Positions 25,232-38,346 of a DNA stretch of 64,000 nucleotides are shown here, piece after piece. The stretch spans positions 3,410,001 through 3,474,000 of the forward strand of contig JAQFVV010000001.1 of the NCBI GenBank assembly GCA_028023455.1, given 5' to 3'. The position numbers were made by a program, and so were the translations under genes. The notes beneath the pieces were generated by a model, which saw only the letters and a program-made list of their open reading frames with translations, was not told the origin of the DNA and did no database searches. Source of the stretch: Epiperipatus broadwayi (taxonomy: Eukaryota; Animalia; Onychophora). Numbering within the stretch: the stretch's first letter is position 1; each line of letters starts with the position of its first letter.

Positions 25232-26036
25232 AATAAAAATGAACTGGATAAATATTTGTGTAAAGATGAAGTTATACATCTTCCACCTTGCCAAAAACCA
25301 CGTAGAGAAAGTGCATCTGTAATTGACGAATTTTTTGAAGAACAGAGTGGGACCACTTTAGCATTTAACCCAAAATATACAAGATATTTCCCTCCCCAGT
25401 ATCGTAATATAGACCATCTTCGAATGGGACTGAATCGTAATATGCCCATGTCTTTACAAAATCATAAACTTACTGCATTAATGGATGATGATGTTTTTGT
25501 TAAGCCAAATCCTGTGACTTCAAAACCTCTTTCAAATTCAACTAGCAATATTTGGGAAGATGTAACAGCTAGTATTAATAAAGTGGAATCTATGGATATA
25601 AGTCTTGATCCTATGCTAGTGACCAATATTAAAACTGAGCCTATGGACAAGGCAGCTTGTAGTTTTGCAGAAATGAAACTTGATAAATCTAAATCTTTAC
25701 AAGCTTCTCAGACTATTATTTCTCAACAGCAGCCTATTCTTCCTCCTGGTAGGACTATGTATACCTATGGGACTTTACAACAACCACCTCATCAACAATT
25801 CATGTTACCCAGGGGATATTTTCCTCCTACTCCACCTGATTCACAACCTAATAGTCCATCCACAGAATTTCCATTTACTCGAAGGACACCTCCTCCTCCT
25901 TATCCAGCATCTGTAACAATAAACAATACTGTTCCCAATTTGAATGGTGACTCCATGGACATAATGCCAATGAAATATAATAGACGAAATAATCCTGAGC
26001 TTGAAAAAAGGAGAATACATCATTGTGATTTTCCAG
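25232..26036 (+). CDS. KLF5: KLF5-like, coding exon 2 (transactivation/degron region and start of ZF1)
   Basis: Polypyrimidine tract + TAAG acceptor at 25231, then an 805-nt open frame NKNELDKYLCKDE...IKTEP...PPTPPDSQPNSP...TPPPPY...KYNRRNNPELEKRRIHHCDFP-G. CCAG|GTAATT donor, phase 1. YNRRxNPxLEKRRIH is the KLF5-subfamily pre-finger signature. Confidence 0.95.
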
Positions 26037-27245
26037 GTAATTATTTTTTGATAATTATATGGGCAGTACTAGTGAATTGTATTATTATATTTATTACATT
26101 TTAATTGTTCTTAAATAAAAAACAAAATATTGTAAAACTATTTTTCAATTATATCTGTAGTATAATAAATTCTTATTTGACATGCTTTTTCATAATTTCC
26201 CTGTGTTTTTCTAAATATTGGGTAAAGCTTTATCATTATTCCATCATATTCCTTATTGTAACAATTAGGAAAATTTAGTTCACTATTAATTACTACATTG
26301 AAGGGCTATATTTTACAGAGTTGTAATATTTATATATTTATTACATTATTTGCATCTTAGAGTATATAATAATAGAGTAATTTGAATTTTAAAAATGTTT
26401 TTTTTTTATCCAATCATAAAGCTGGCACATTCATAGCTAGAAGCTCAACTTTCTTGAAAAGTCTTTCGTTAAAAGTAGTTAAGAATTAAAAAAAAGTTTA
26501 ATATTTCATATAGTTATACTTTATTCATGAGAGATTGGGCTTACTTATTTGTTTTTTAAGCTATGTATATGGCACCAAATATATAAATGAGAAACAAATG
26601 GAAACCCTATAATAAAATTTATAAATGTATTCATTTCAAATATGTTTATGTAATATATTGTATAGTCTTATGTTCACATTTATGAGCACTTTGTATATAT
26701 TGTGTTTATATCACAAATCTTTGAATAAAAAATAATTTTTAGATACTCTATAACTGAATATATGATGTAGAGGAATGCTAGTTATGACATCATAGACCAT
26801 TTGGTTCTTGCCCTTCACAATAAAAAGAACCAAACTTCAAAATTTTAAAATAATAGTGGCATTAATAGTTATAAATATGTAGATAAGGAGTTGTAATTAT
26901 GATATTAAGTATACCCTTATGTATTTATTATGCATATTACCTTTTTTCACACTCAAAAAGGTTTTTTTTTTATTAATTTAAAAATAAGTTCTTTTACCTA
27001 AATATTTAAAAATAAGTAATTGAATTATTTAGTTATTTTTTTCTTGTAAATAGTTAGATCAGTTCTGCTTAAGATTTTAACTGAAATAATTAAAAACTTG
27101 TTCAGCAATATTTTTTCTAGAAAAGTTTTAATGGTAAAATATTAGTTTTTAAGGTAATGTCTGTATTTTTGTTATTAATTTCTTATAATTGTAAATTTTT
27201 TTTTTTTAATTCTTCATTTATTTACTTTATCATTTATTTTTTTAG

Positions 27246-27305
27246 GTTGTACAAAAGTTTATACAAAAAGTTCACATCTTAAAGCTCATCAGAGAATACA
27301 CACAG
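27246..27305 (+). CDS. KLF5: KLF5-like, coding exon 3 (ZF1: [21 protein letters not shown])
   Basis: T-tract + TTAG acceptor, 60 nt, G|GTAAAT donor, phases 1/1. Canonical KLF finger 1. Too short to appear in the ORF track. Confidence 0.97.
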
Positions 27306-28039
27306 GTAAATAATGAATTTTCCATCCCATCTATATGCATCCATGTTTGCATATTTCTATTCAGAACAATCATTTCAACAAATACATAAATAAATCATTA
27401 ATTATTTTTTATTATCTTAGAAATTATATAAATTTTATAAAATGTAAATATGTCAGTAATATTTTTATATAAGTGATGATAAATTTCTTTAACTATTCAC
27501 TTTTGTTTTTTATTATTATTCACCTTACTACAATCCTGTGTTTTAAAAACTTTACCATTAGCATAAAATCTTTGAATATAGATACGGTAAACATTATTGT
27601 TTTGTATTTATACAGAAAAAAATACACAATAGTATAACAAAAATATAAAACAACAATGTATGGCATTTAGAAAAATCTAGGTGATAATGTTTGTTTGACT
27701 CAAATGCAGTCTGGCAATCTTTGTTATAGTTTTTTCTGTTTATGTCTATATGTTTGGAATATTAATTGTGAAGTATAATATCTATGAGATCTTGGCATTC
27801 TGAATGAAAAAAGATGTGAAATGATTAAAAAGATGAAATTTATCAGGGTCTGTAAAAATATAATATAATTTATTAATTCTTTAGCTATTTACTAAAACAT
27901 GACTATTGTGAATAAAGTCAAAAAGCAATATATGACATTTGAGAAACTATTAATGCTAAAATCCTAACTGATAAGGTCTAGTTAACCATAATTCATACTA
28001 GAATTTGCATGTATGTTTAGATTACGTATGATTGGGTAT

Positions 28040-28155
28040 AAGCCAATAAACATCACATGATCACCATTTCTTATGCTTGCTTATAACTGTTATTAAAACA
28101 GGCAAAACTCACTAGCTGTGAGTGGCAATACATATAGTGAGTTTTGCCTGTTTTA
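28040..28155 (-). mobile_element. Family A short copy (tail + ~20-bp arms) in KLF intron 3
   Basis: AAGCCAATAAACATCACATGA... tail, then TTAAAACAGGCAAAACTCACT...AGTGAGTTTTGCCTGTTTTA. Perfect 12-bp TSD ATGATTGGGTAT (28028-28039, 28156-28167). Confidence 0.85.
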
Positions 28156-30252
28156 ATGATTGGGTATGTATATAATAAAAATTTTGCTTTGTTCTGAATG
28201 CTGCTAATATTAAATGCATCAAAGATATTTGAAATTTTAATTTGCCAAAAACAATAGTCCTTTGTATATAATATTAATATTTCTAGGGCTTATCTGTTAT
28301 ATATTTTTCATATGGAAAAGCAAAGTTGGTTGAATGAAAGAAAAAAGGGTATTTATGTGTAATTACATATCATTACAAAATAATTAAATTGTATAATTAG
28401 CAGTTTCATTATATTATTTTTCAAAATAGCTTTTAATAATATTCATATAGTAAGCTTTAGATTAGCCATGCTGTAACTATTGGCTAAAGGGGGGAAAAAG
28501 ATCAGTCTTTTATACTTTTGGTCAAACATTCATTCTATAATATAAAAAAGAAAAATTCTAGCTTAGATAATGACTTAATTTCTTGATTGATATTCTTTGT
28601 TATTGTTGGCTTATTAGATGAAATAAAAAATATCAACAGTATATTGAATAGCTTTGCATGATTTGGTGCAGAGGTAGAGTAGCTAGCAGACTAAGGATCT
28701 CAAGGTTCACGATTGCAGTCCAGCTGTCACTTCCAGCTCCAAGCAATTAACCATTCAGTTATATGTTTATAGGATATTTGAATAAAGGCAATAAAATAAT
28801 ACAAAGACAATGATTCTAGAAATAGTCTGTTTGAAGATTACAAAATATTAATATAGCTTTGCTTTATTTGTTGATTTGGCTAGAATATTGGGGGAGTGAT
28901 CTAAGTATGTTATAATCAGCATAACTTGATTTAATGCACTACCTTTTTGATTTTGAAGGAATGACAGTAGATAAAGTAATGATTTGATTGGATAATGATT
29001 TTAACATAATTGTTTACAGTAGTATATCATTATTGTTATTTATTATTGACATTTTTTTTTTTTACTAATTATTGTTTAATTAGAGAATTTTCAGAATTAC
29101 TGAAGATTTTTTTTTTTTTTTTGCTGTTTTAACATTAATTAATAAAATAGTTGTTTATTTCCTGGTTTTTTAAATAACTAATTTCATCTTTGTACTAAAT
29201 GTGAATAAGTAAATATTCTTCTTGCATACTTGTTTAAAAATAGCATCTAGAAAGTTTTCCTTCTGGTCCATTGTCATTCTGCAATGTGGCCTTATGTTTA
29301 TATTTTTTTTAATCATCTTTCATCCAATTAGATATATTTTAGATGCAAATAATCTTATCAGAATGAAAACACATCAGTTTTTACTATGAGAAAATTTTTT
29401 AAACAAATGGGATTATTAATTTTTTTTTAAATATATATTTAAAAAAAACTAGATATTTTTTAGACTAATTTTCTAATAGCAATCAATAATAAATAGTGTG
29501 TATGACTTAATCGTTGGTGACTGCATTATAGCTTTTAATGTAAGTTGCTAAAAGAATGCTACCAAAGCTGCAGCAATCTACTTCACATTTACCTTTACAT
29601 ATCATCTGTTGGTGATTGGTATTTTTTGATTTTATATTAATTACAAATATTGATTGATTTGTTTAATGAATATGTATTTAAATAACTTGTATAATTACAC
29701 ATATATATATGTTAGCATTTATTATTGTTTTTTTATCTGCAAAATTAATTACAATACTAATCTTATCATAAATCTACATTGTAAAGGTTTCTGATATGGT
29801 GGTTAGCACGTCCATTTGATGCCCACAAGCTGAGTTTGAACTTGGATAGAATTTAGGGTATTCTCCAGGTTTCAGGCAAACTAGGATTTTTTTTCCTCAA
29901 AGTTATTACCATTGTTAATTCAATTATTTATCAGTCTTTGCAATTATGAATGGGGATCTGGTTATTTATTAACTAGAGGCTAAAACAAAATGGGAAAATT
30001 GCTAAAATCTTCACTATCTGATGATTGATTATCTGATGAGTATGCTTTCTTCTCTGCCAATTTTTGAAAAGCTGTTGATGATGTTTTTGCATGTCTGAAA
30101 TTTAGCATATACACAGAAGTATCCAAAAATAATCCGAATTTTATTATAAATTGTTTGTTTATTTTTTAAGTGTTATAAATTTAATATTTTTCAAATTACT
30201 ATCCCTTTGATGCAATACACCAGTCTAAACATGTTTTTAATTTTTCAAAGTA

Positions 30253-30626
30253 AACATCACATGACCACCTCCTCTTATGCTTGTGTATAACTATTGTTAA
30301 AACAGGCAAAGCTCACTATATATATTGCCACACACAGCAAGCTAGAGTAATCAATGGATGCCAGAAGGTTTCTGGCTTATGGCCTTCGTCAGTGGGGAGC
30401 CTTGGATCTGAGAGCACTGCATCTAGATCTTAAGATCCTAAGATCTAGATGCAGTGCTCTCAGATCCAAGGCTCCTCACTGACGAAGACCATAAGCTAGA
30501 AACTAGTCTGGGGATATTGGATGAGTAGGCACTAGATGGGATTTTATGCACAAGCCTTCTGGCATCCATTGATTACTCTAGCTTGCTGTGTGTGGCAATA
30601 TATATAGTGAGCTTTGCCTGTTTTAA
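30253..30626 (-). mobile_element. Family A hairpin+tail element in KLF intron 3
   Basis: Tail on the left, inverted arms centred near 30435, 18-bp TSD TTTTAATTTTTCAAAGTA (30235-30252, 30621-30638). The left arm has an internal deletion that removes the cleavage site. Confidence 0.88.
30473..30514 (+). ncRNA. Family A hammerhead motif on the KLF pre-mRNA strand
   Basis: TCCTCA-CTGACGA-AGACCATAAGCTA-GAAAC-TA-GTC^TGGGGA. Stem I has 6 bp (one G-U); stem II is damaged. Confidence 0.6.
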
Positions 30627-33600
30627 TTTTTCAAAGTAGTTCAGAAATACTTGTAAGCCTTTTAACTTTTTCCATCACTTTTAAGTCAGCAAAAAAAAAT
30701 TGAGACAATTTTTTTTATTTGAGAGATTAAAAAAAAAAAATCATACAAAGCAAGATCAAACAAATATGACTGATAGATAAGCTGGATTAGGTTGAATTTA
30801 ATTAAAAAGTGTTTCACACTCAAGGTATTGAGAGATTACATTTTGTGGGAATGGAGCTTGCACTCTTTTCTTTGTCACCAAGCAGGATGTTTACCTTTTA
30901 CCACTTCACATAAATGTTTTGGAGCTTGCATATAATTTTTTGAACTAAATTTGAGGAAAAAATGCTGTTTGCGTCCCAAAAAAAAAGGGGGGGGGGTGAT
31001 TTTGGACTTCACTTGCGACTTTTCAGGGACATGATAAATTTAATATTTCAATTAAACCATTCATAAATTTGTGTTTTTATGATATCAGCTTTCTTGTAAT
31101 CTCCTTCAAGTATTACTTTTTTCATATTGTCAAACTTCCAGCTATTATAAAAAAATTGACAAAAGTGCAAAATACATTTTACAAAACAATGTGTTATGTG
31201 GCCCCATCATTTTACACGATGATATCATTTGACAGATTAACACAGAAGGGTTCCTGCAAGATATATGTAATAACATAAATATATACTACAACTAGGCATG
31301 CAAACCAAAGAACGATTCCAGTTATTTTTGGGTCACCCCCCCCCCCCCCCATATTTTATAAAATAAATGTAAAATAGTTGAATTTTACATTGAGCAATAT
31401 TTTTTTGATAAGATATTTAATATATATTACAAAACTGATTAATTTGACTTTTCTTATTAGAAGAATAAATTCTGCTATGGTTACTGTATATGAGTAAAGA
31501 GTTGACTTATAAAACTTTTAATACAAGAAAATAGTCTTTGGTTATTTTGATAAACTATTATTGCGTCACTGATATTCTTTTGGTTTTAAATAATTGAGTT
31601 TTTTAACTTATTGCTCAGATGATTTTATATAATAGTAGTCAATATATATCTAAAATATATTAATATTTTTTTTTTTACAAAAAAAAAGAAAAATTGTAAG
31701 AATGAAACTAAACACATAAATAGGATTTAATTTGCTTTATGGCTGATTTATAGCCTTATTATAATATTTTTTTTATATTTTTCATTTGTAATTAAATACT
31801 TTATTAAATTGCTGTAATATATTGACAATATTAACACATAATTAACATTATTCTTAAAGTACAAGTTTAAAAAAAATATTAATGATTTGCTTCTTTATTA
31901 CATCTTTTTATCTCCCAGTAGAATGATATACTAAATTTGAATAAGAAAGTTTGAATATGAATAATAATCTTGATTATCTGTATGTTTGAAATTATAATAG
32001 CATTAGAATTTGACCAGTGTTTAATTAAACTTTGCATTATTCCATTTTCATAGGCATAGAATGTAAACTTAATTTTATATAATTGAGTAGTTAAATAAAG
32101 TGTGATCTAATTAGAACATTTTTCTTTATTAAATTAAGACTTATATATAAATGCAAAAACATACACCAAATATTAGAACAACAGATATCTTTGTTTTGTA
32201 AAACTTGGTTGTCAATTTAGTGTGTGTATCTTTTTTAGCAGTAAAGATGTACATATTTTCTTTTTAAAGGTTTCTTAAAGATACATATAATAATTTTAGT
32301 CATGAGCCTTGAAAATTAAGTGAAAATGATAAAAGTTTAAATATTAAATTTTAATAAACAATTTAGTTTTATTTTTTTATATTTCTAATAATAAAAATGT
32401 TGCACATATTTTTGTTTAAAAATATTCTCCAGATCAAGGGTCTGCAACAGTTTAAATATGCCAACCAAAAAATTAAGGGAAGTAAAAAATAATGATGTCT
32501 GAGTGATTATAGTTTATATATGAACATTTATTTTAATGACAGAACATAACAGATTTAGCATAATATATAAAGAAAATAAATTCTTTTTTAAAAAAAAATT
32601 ACTTATGATATTAATGAGATTTCAAGGAATAATTTGAAATTTTAAGATCATATCATTAATCATTAATTTGGCTTCGTAATTTACTTTTTATAAATTCATA
32701 TTAAGATATATTTTTTATTAAATATAATAAATAACATGAAATAAAATAATAGTAATGAAATGAAAAGCCAATGAATTTTCACTATGAATTTATGAAAATA
32801 TCTGAGAACTACAGCTATTAACCTAAAAACTTGCTTATATGTAAAGTCAGCTAGTAGACTAGAGAGAGTGGGTTTATTATGCAGTGGCATTCAGACCACA
32901 GGAGCCAATAAAGAAAATATTTATTTGCAAATTACAAAAAAACAGTCTTTGTTTATCATTATAAAAAGAACTGCAAGCTTGGATCAAAGAGTCACATGTG
33001 ACTCATAGATTTATGACTCCTGTCCTAGATGCCTACATTGGAGTATCCATGAACCATAAAAACATTTTAGATTTTGGTTAATATTGTTGTAAAAAAAAAA
33101 AATTTCAAAGTGAAAATTGGGCAAAAGTGGTAGAAGTCAGTGAAAGTATTCTTATTTAAAAATATTCATCTAGATGTATATATTATAATAATTTTAGTCA
33201 TAAACCATAAAAGCAAAATTTAAAATTTATTAATGGTGATGTTGAAGCAAAAAATTATTTCAAAATAAAAGTTTAGTGAAAATGTCGGAAATTTAAGTGT
33301 TAAAATTTATTAATCAATTTAGTTTGTTTACATTTTTCTATCTCTAGGAATAAAATGTATGTATTTTTGTTATTCTTCTGCTTTCTGTCATAAAAACAGA
33401 TGTTGAAATCTGACAAATGTTGATGTCAAAAATTCAAAATGAAAATATTGTACAAGGAAAATAGTGGAAATTTGAGTGTGAATGTAGAAATGGTTACAAG
33501 AGACTATCCAAAATTCTTCAAAGCTTTCCAGTTTTTAGGAAAGCATCAGATATTTATAATCATGGTTTTTTTAAGTTTATTTGTGTATTTTTTGTCAATT

Positions 33601-36600
33601 TATTTCATAATTTTTAGCAGTTTTTTATCATTTCAATTTTTTTTGTACAGATATTAAGTCAAAATAATTAATCAGTCTTGAAATGAAAAAAATCTAAAAA
33701 AAAAATGTGTGATTAAATCAAAGTTCTACAATCTTTTTTTAAAAATGTCAAATTAAAAAATACCCAACTAGCAGAAAAGATTTTCAACTTAAGCAGTTTA
33801 TGTTGCAACATTACAGAATTAATGGAAATTTTTCCTAATGGGAATTAATCCGCAAAAAAAAAAATAATAGTATTATTGTGTAATTAATAGAAATTTTTGC
33901 TTATGTTGATTAATCAAAAGCAAATGGCAGTAACATTACAGAATTAATAATGTGGATTAATTAAAAGCAAATGGCAGATGAATAGCATCAATGAGGTAGT
34001 TATTTGTTAAAAGATCAAGTAATTTAAGAACTTTTTCTACATCTAATACAAGTGTTATTCCTACAAAAGAGTTTATTGTTAACAAAATACAATTCACTGA
34101 ATTCAAGAAAAAAAACTGGATTGCACTGCTAAGGCATGAGGAGGCTGCTAGCATAGATAACATTTTCTCACAAAAAATAGCAATTCTGAAATTGATCATG
34201 AATTTTTTGTTAGGATGTGTAAGATTGTTTTCATTTTAATTTTATACTTTTAAAAGACTAATTTAAAACTGACTGCAGTATGTACAGCAATTAACTATAT
34301 GTAATTTTTTGATTTTTTTTTCTGCTTAAAAGATTGGTTTGGGTGGTAACTTTGATTTAAGCAATGAACCTGTAGTGGATTATTTCTAAATGCATTTCAA
34401 TGTAAAGTACAACAAACTGAGATATAACATTTTATAATCAATTAATTTCTTATAGAAGACCCTATTCTAGCTAATAATTGATCAATAAAAAAAATAAAAA
34501 AACATATAAAACTAGATATTTCAAAAGATTTACTTCCTGTTTCATTTTAAATAATGGTTGAAATAAATATTTTAAGATAATATATAAAATAATGTATTCA
34601 TTTGTATAAAGTATAGTGATTAGTTTTTTGTTTGGGAAAAGGCTTTTTTTACTATTGTTCTTTAAAATTACTATAGCCATTAGAGAACTACCTTATATAT
34701 AAAATACATTTGTGTTAATAGATAGCTGAAAGTTGAATGCAAAGGAGTATATGTCTGTTTTTTAAATCTATGATAAGAAATCTCAGATTGACTTTAAAAA
34801 ATGTCTAACTATTTGTTTCATTAGGTAGACATGAATGCTCAAAACAGCTGAAGTGTATAATGACTGCATTCACTAAAAATGAAAGAACAAAACCTAGAAT
34901 CAGCTGTTGTTGAAAATAAATACTTATTGCAAGTGATTAATGGATATTATACTTTGTAATCAAAACCCAACCATAAGGAAGCAAATCACCGCAGAAATTA
35001 TCTGTCTCTGAATACTGTATTTATCGGAACATTTAATATCAAATTATCATTTCAAAACTATTCTTTAAATGATATGATTGCTACTTGAACCAAGAGGATT
35101 GATACAATAAAATTGAAGAGTGAATGACTTGAAATCTGTTAATTGGCCAAAAAAAAAAAATTAACTTTTTTCTAAGAATATATGTCATTTCTCTAAGACT
35201 TAATGACTTAGTATTTCTATAAACATTGTTCAAATATTTTCTAATTTCGTCTGCATAGAAAACAAACAATTCTTGATATGAATATTGAGCATTCATCATA
35301 TTAGTAAAATAATTACAGTATAGCCAAAGATAAGATGAAAACCTTTCCAAAGATTTGTTATAACAACAATATAGTAAATAAAATTACTCATTAGGTTTGC
35401 CACTTGTTGGGTGATCTTTGAGCATTTTTTTATTCTTGTTTTACTTTCTAATTAAGAATAAATAGATATCCATTTTCTGAGTAACTTTAGATTGTGTGAA
35501 TTGGCTAAGACAATCACTGGAAAGAAAAATGCTTAGCCGGAATACTTCAGATTTAAATCTGGACACATGAGGGAAATTTTTTTTCTTAGATTTAAAACTA
35601 GTAATAGCACTGGAAAGCTGATGAGCTAACGATTACACAAACAGATTTTATGAAAACAAGGTGCTAAATAAAAAGATGATATATGCTTGAATATATCAAA
35701 GCATGTATATCATGTTTTTCTCTTGGCAGGTTGAGATAATTAGGCAATTTATTGATTATCTATGATATTTTGTTGTGTTTGCAACATCATTAATACAATG
35801 TACCCTTACATTTCATTTTTTGAGGTTTTTTGTTTTGTTTTTTTACAGTGAAAGTAGCTCATAAAAAAAATGTGAAACTTGTATTTGTTTTAGAGACTTT
35901 GGAGTTTAAATTTGAGTAAATTTCAATACTAGATTCAAATTTTAATTAGGTTTTTTCATAGATTATTATATTGATTTTTTTTTTTTAATTATTTGTTATT
36001 ATTAATAGAATAACTATTTATCATCATCACACATCTTCAGGAAAACACGAATAAATAAATGTCTTTATGTATTAAATAAATTAATGAAAGAATTAAATAT
36101 CTTCATTTATTTTATAAATATTGCATAAAACTAATTTTATTTATTATATTATTTATGTTTAAATACTTTTTTAAATATTGTAAAATACCGTTTTAAATAA
36201 ATAGAAATTGGATTTGTGTCCAAATTCTTTCAATTTATTATTATTTTTAATTGATTTTCAAATAAGGAAAGTGGATTAAAAAAGAGCAGTTGATAGTCTG
36301 TTTAATAAATAGAACTGCTGTGCTCAAATGTTACCCTCCTAACCATCTAACATACAATATTATACAATAACCAATCAGTATTTGAAACAAATTGGTGTGA
36401 GTTTTGCACACAAATCCAATTAGCTTACCATAAAGCAAACATTTTATTGATTAAACCAATTGTTTGTGAACTTTTTTTTTTAAAAAAAGATATATTTAGT
36501 TTTTAACAACATAAATATATTAACATTTTTTTAGTCTTGTGCAATGATAAACTAATGGATTCATTAAAGTTATGTGCTTGAATATAATGTGCCTCCTATG

Positions 36601-37071
36601 CAATTACCTCTTCTATTATTATTACATATAAATTTATATTATGTCTTTTAGTCATTGTAAGAAAAAGTTTTTCAATTTATAGAGCTGGTAATATCTCAAG
36701 TTTTTTAAGATGGAGTCTGAACTAGCTTTTTCATGACCATTCCTTTATTATTTTAGAGCCTTGTAACTATTATTTATGTCCATTCTTTATGGTCTTGAAT
36801 CTTGTAGTAGTATTTTGTTGAGTATGTAAATTTCCTAATTGTTGCTGTTTTCACAATTATAATGAATTACTTACTGGAAAAATATTTTTGAGCTTTATTA
36901 ATCATAGTTCTTTGTCATCATTAAAGTTTAGAAATTATATTTTTTTCCTAACTAAGAAATAAAACTTGTTTTTGGCTCTATAAACTAAGAATTATTACAT
37001 TCTTTTATGTATCTATATATACAATATATATGTCAGAGAAAAATAATGTGAAGAAATGGGGGATATGTCAA

Positions 37072-37150
37072 GCATTGGTGGCCGAGTGGTCAGAACAGCT
37101 ACCTTACAAGCAATTGTCCCAGGTTTGCGAGTTTGCTTCCTGGCCAATGC
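37072..37150 (+). pseudogene. tRNA-derived retrocopy or short SINE (Gly-like acceptor stem, TAC anticodon loop)
   Basis: GCATTGG/CCAATGC acceptor stem, A-box-like TGGCCGAGTGG, CT-TAC-AA loop with a broken anticodon stem, CCAGG/CCTGG T-stem with an enlarged loop, A-tract at 37162-37173, and TSD-like AAATGGGGGATAT / AAATGGAGAATAT. Confidence 0.6.
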
Positions 37151-38346
37151 TTTGACACATGAAAAAAAAAAAAATGGAGAATATTTTTAAAAAAAAAGGT
37201 GTTTGATTCATCACAAATTCAAAATTTAAATGAACTAGCAGCAGAAGAGTATTAAAATTTATAATAATGTTTGGAATATAATTAAATCAGAATTTATCTC
37301 ATTTTCTATTGCTATACTTTTAACAATGATGTAAATCCATTGAAAGAACTCTCAACAGGATTTTCATTGAATCAATAGTTTCACTTGGAAATTTATATTT
37401 CTTTATTGACTTGCAATTATGCATTTATCCTTTTTTTGTTTATCCTAAATATTTATATACTGTATATATGTATATATTTAAAGAATATGTCTGCTGTAGC
37501 TATTTTATTAAATTTTTATATATAATTTGTGTATAAAAATCTGTTCTTATATAAAAGTGATCACAAAAATATATAAAATGTATATTTAGCGAAATGTTTA
37601 TTTTAATACAAATCTGCAAAATTTAATATTGATTCTTTATTTTTTTTATAATATAAATTCAATTGTAAAATTATGTTTTTTTTTTAATATTGTTTGTCTA
37701 AGCTTGGAAAGTGCCTCAATAGTTTAGTTCATTGCAAGAGTGATTGATGTGAGCGAAAAAAAAAGCTCATTTGAGTGGAACTTTTATACTCCACTTTGCT
37801 ACATTGGTGCTTCAGTGTCACTTAATATACCAAGCATATGAATGAATGTTGGAATGCCTGAAGAGAAAACTATGTGGAATAATTTATTATTCATTGGAGC
37901 TTGTATAAAATAGAAAAAAACAACTCAGTGTTAATATTAAAACCTAAAAACTTTTACAATCAAGTAAAACTTAAAATTTGAATAAAAAAAAGTAAAAAAT
38001 TTAATTTTCATTTCTTTCATCTTTCCCAATAATTATTTTTAAAGAAATAAAAATTTCAAAGTCATTGAAATAATCTTAAAAAAATATTTAGACTTAGCTG
38101 ATTTTTCTGATCTGTTAGTATTTACTCAAGTAACATTTGATTCTTTGCCTTCTTTCATTGATTATATCTTATTAAAATAAAAGTTTTTATTTGAAATGCA
38201 TTTGAAAATCAAATCTTTCTTTTCATATGTCAACATTGTACTTTGCTATTCATAAAGCTTTCCTCTTTATGAATGAAATTAGAAGTCTTTATTTAAATAT
38301 TTTTCATATTGACTTTTTTTTCAACTTTCAAATAACTTTCTGATTT

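Noticed and set aside
26037-26104. C-terminal part of ORF 25256-26104 (NYFLIIIWAVL...) as coding sequence or a TM tail
   Set aside because: It is read-through into intron 2 after a good G|GTAATT donor. The zinc finger continues in frame at 27246.
30970-31360. Inverted G-tract/C-tract pair (GGGGGGGGGTGA / TCACCCCCCCC) as MITE sub-TIRs
   Set aside because: The match is mostly homopolymer, and no element boundaries could be defined.
33780-33980. Short direct repeats (ACATTACAGAATTAAT; AAAAGCAAATGGCAG) as a CRISPR-like array
   Set aside because: Only two copies each with irregular spacing, in a eukaryotic intron. These are local duplications.
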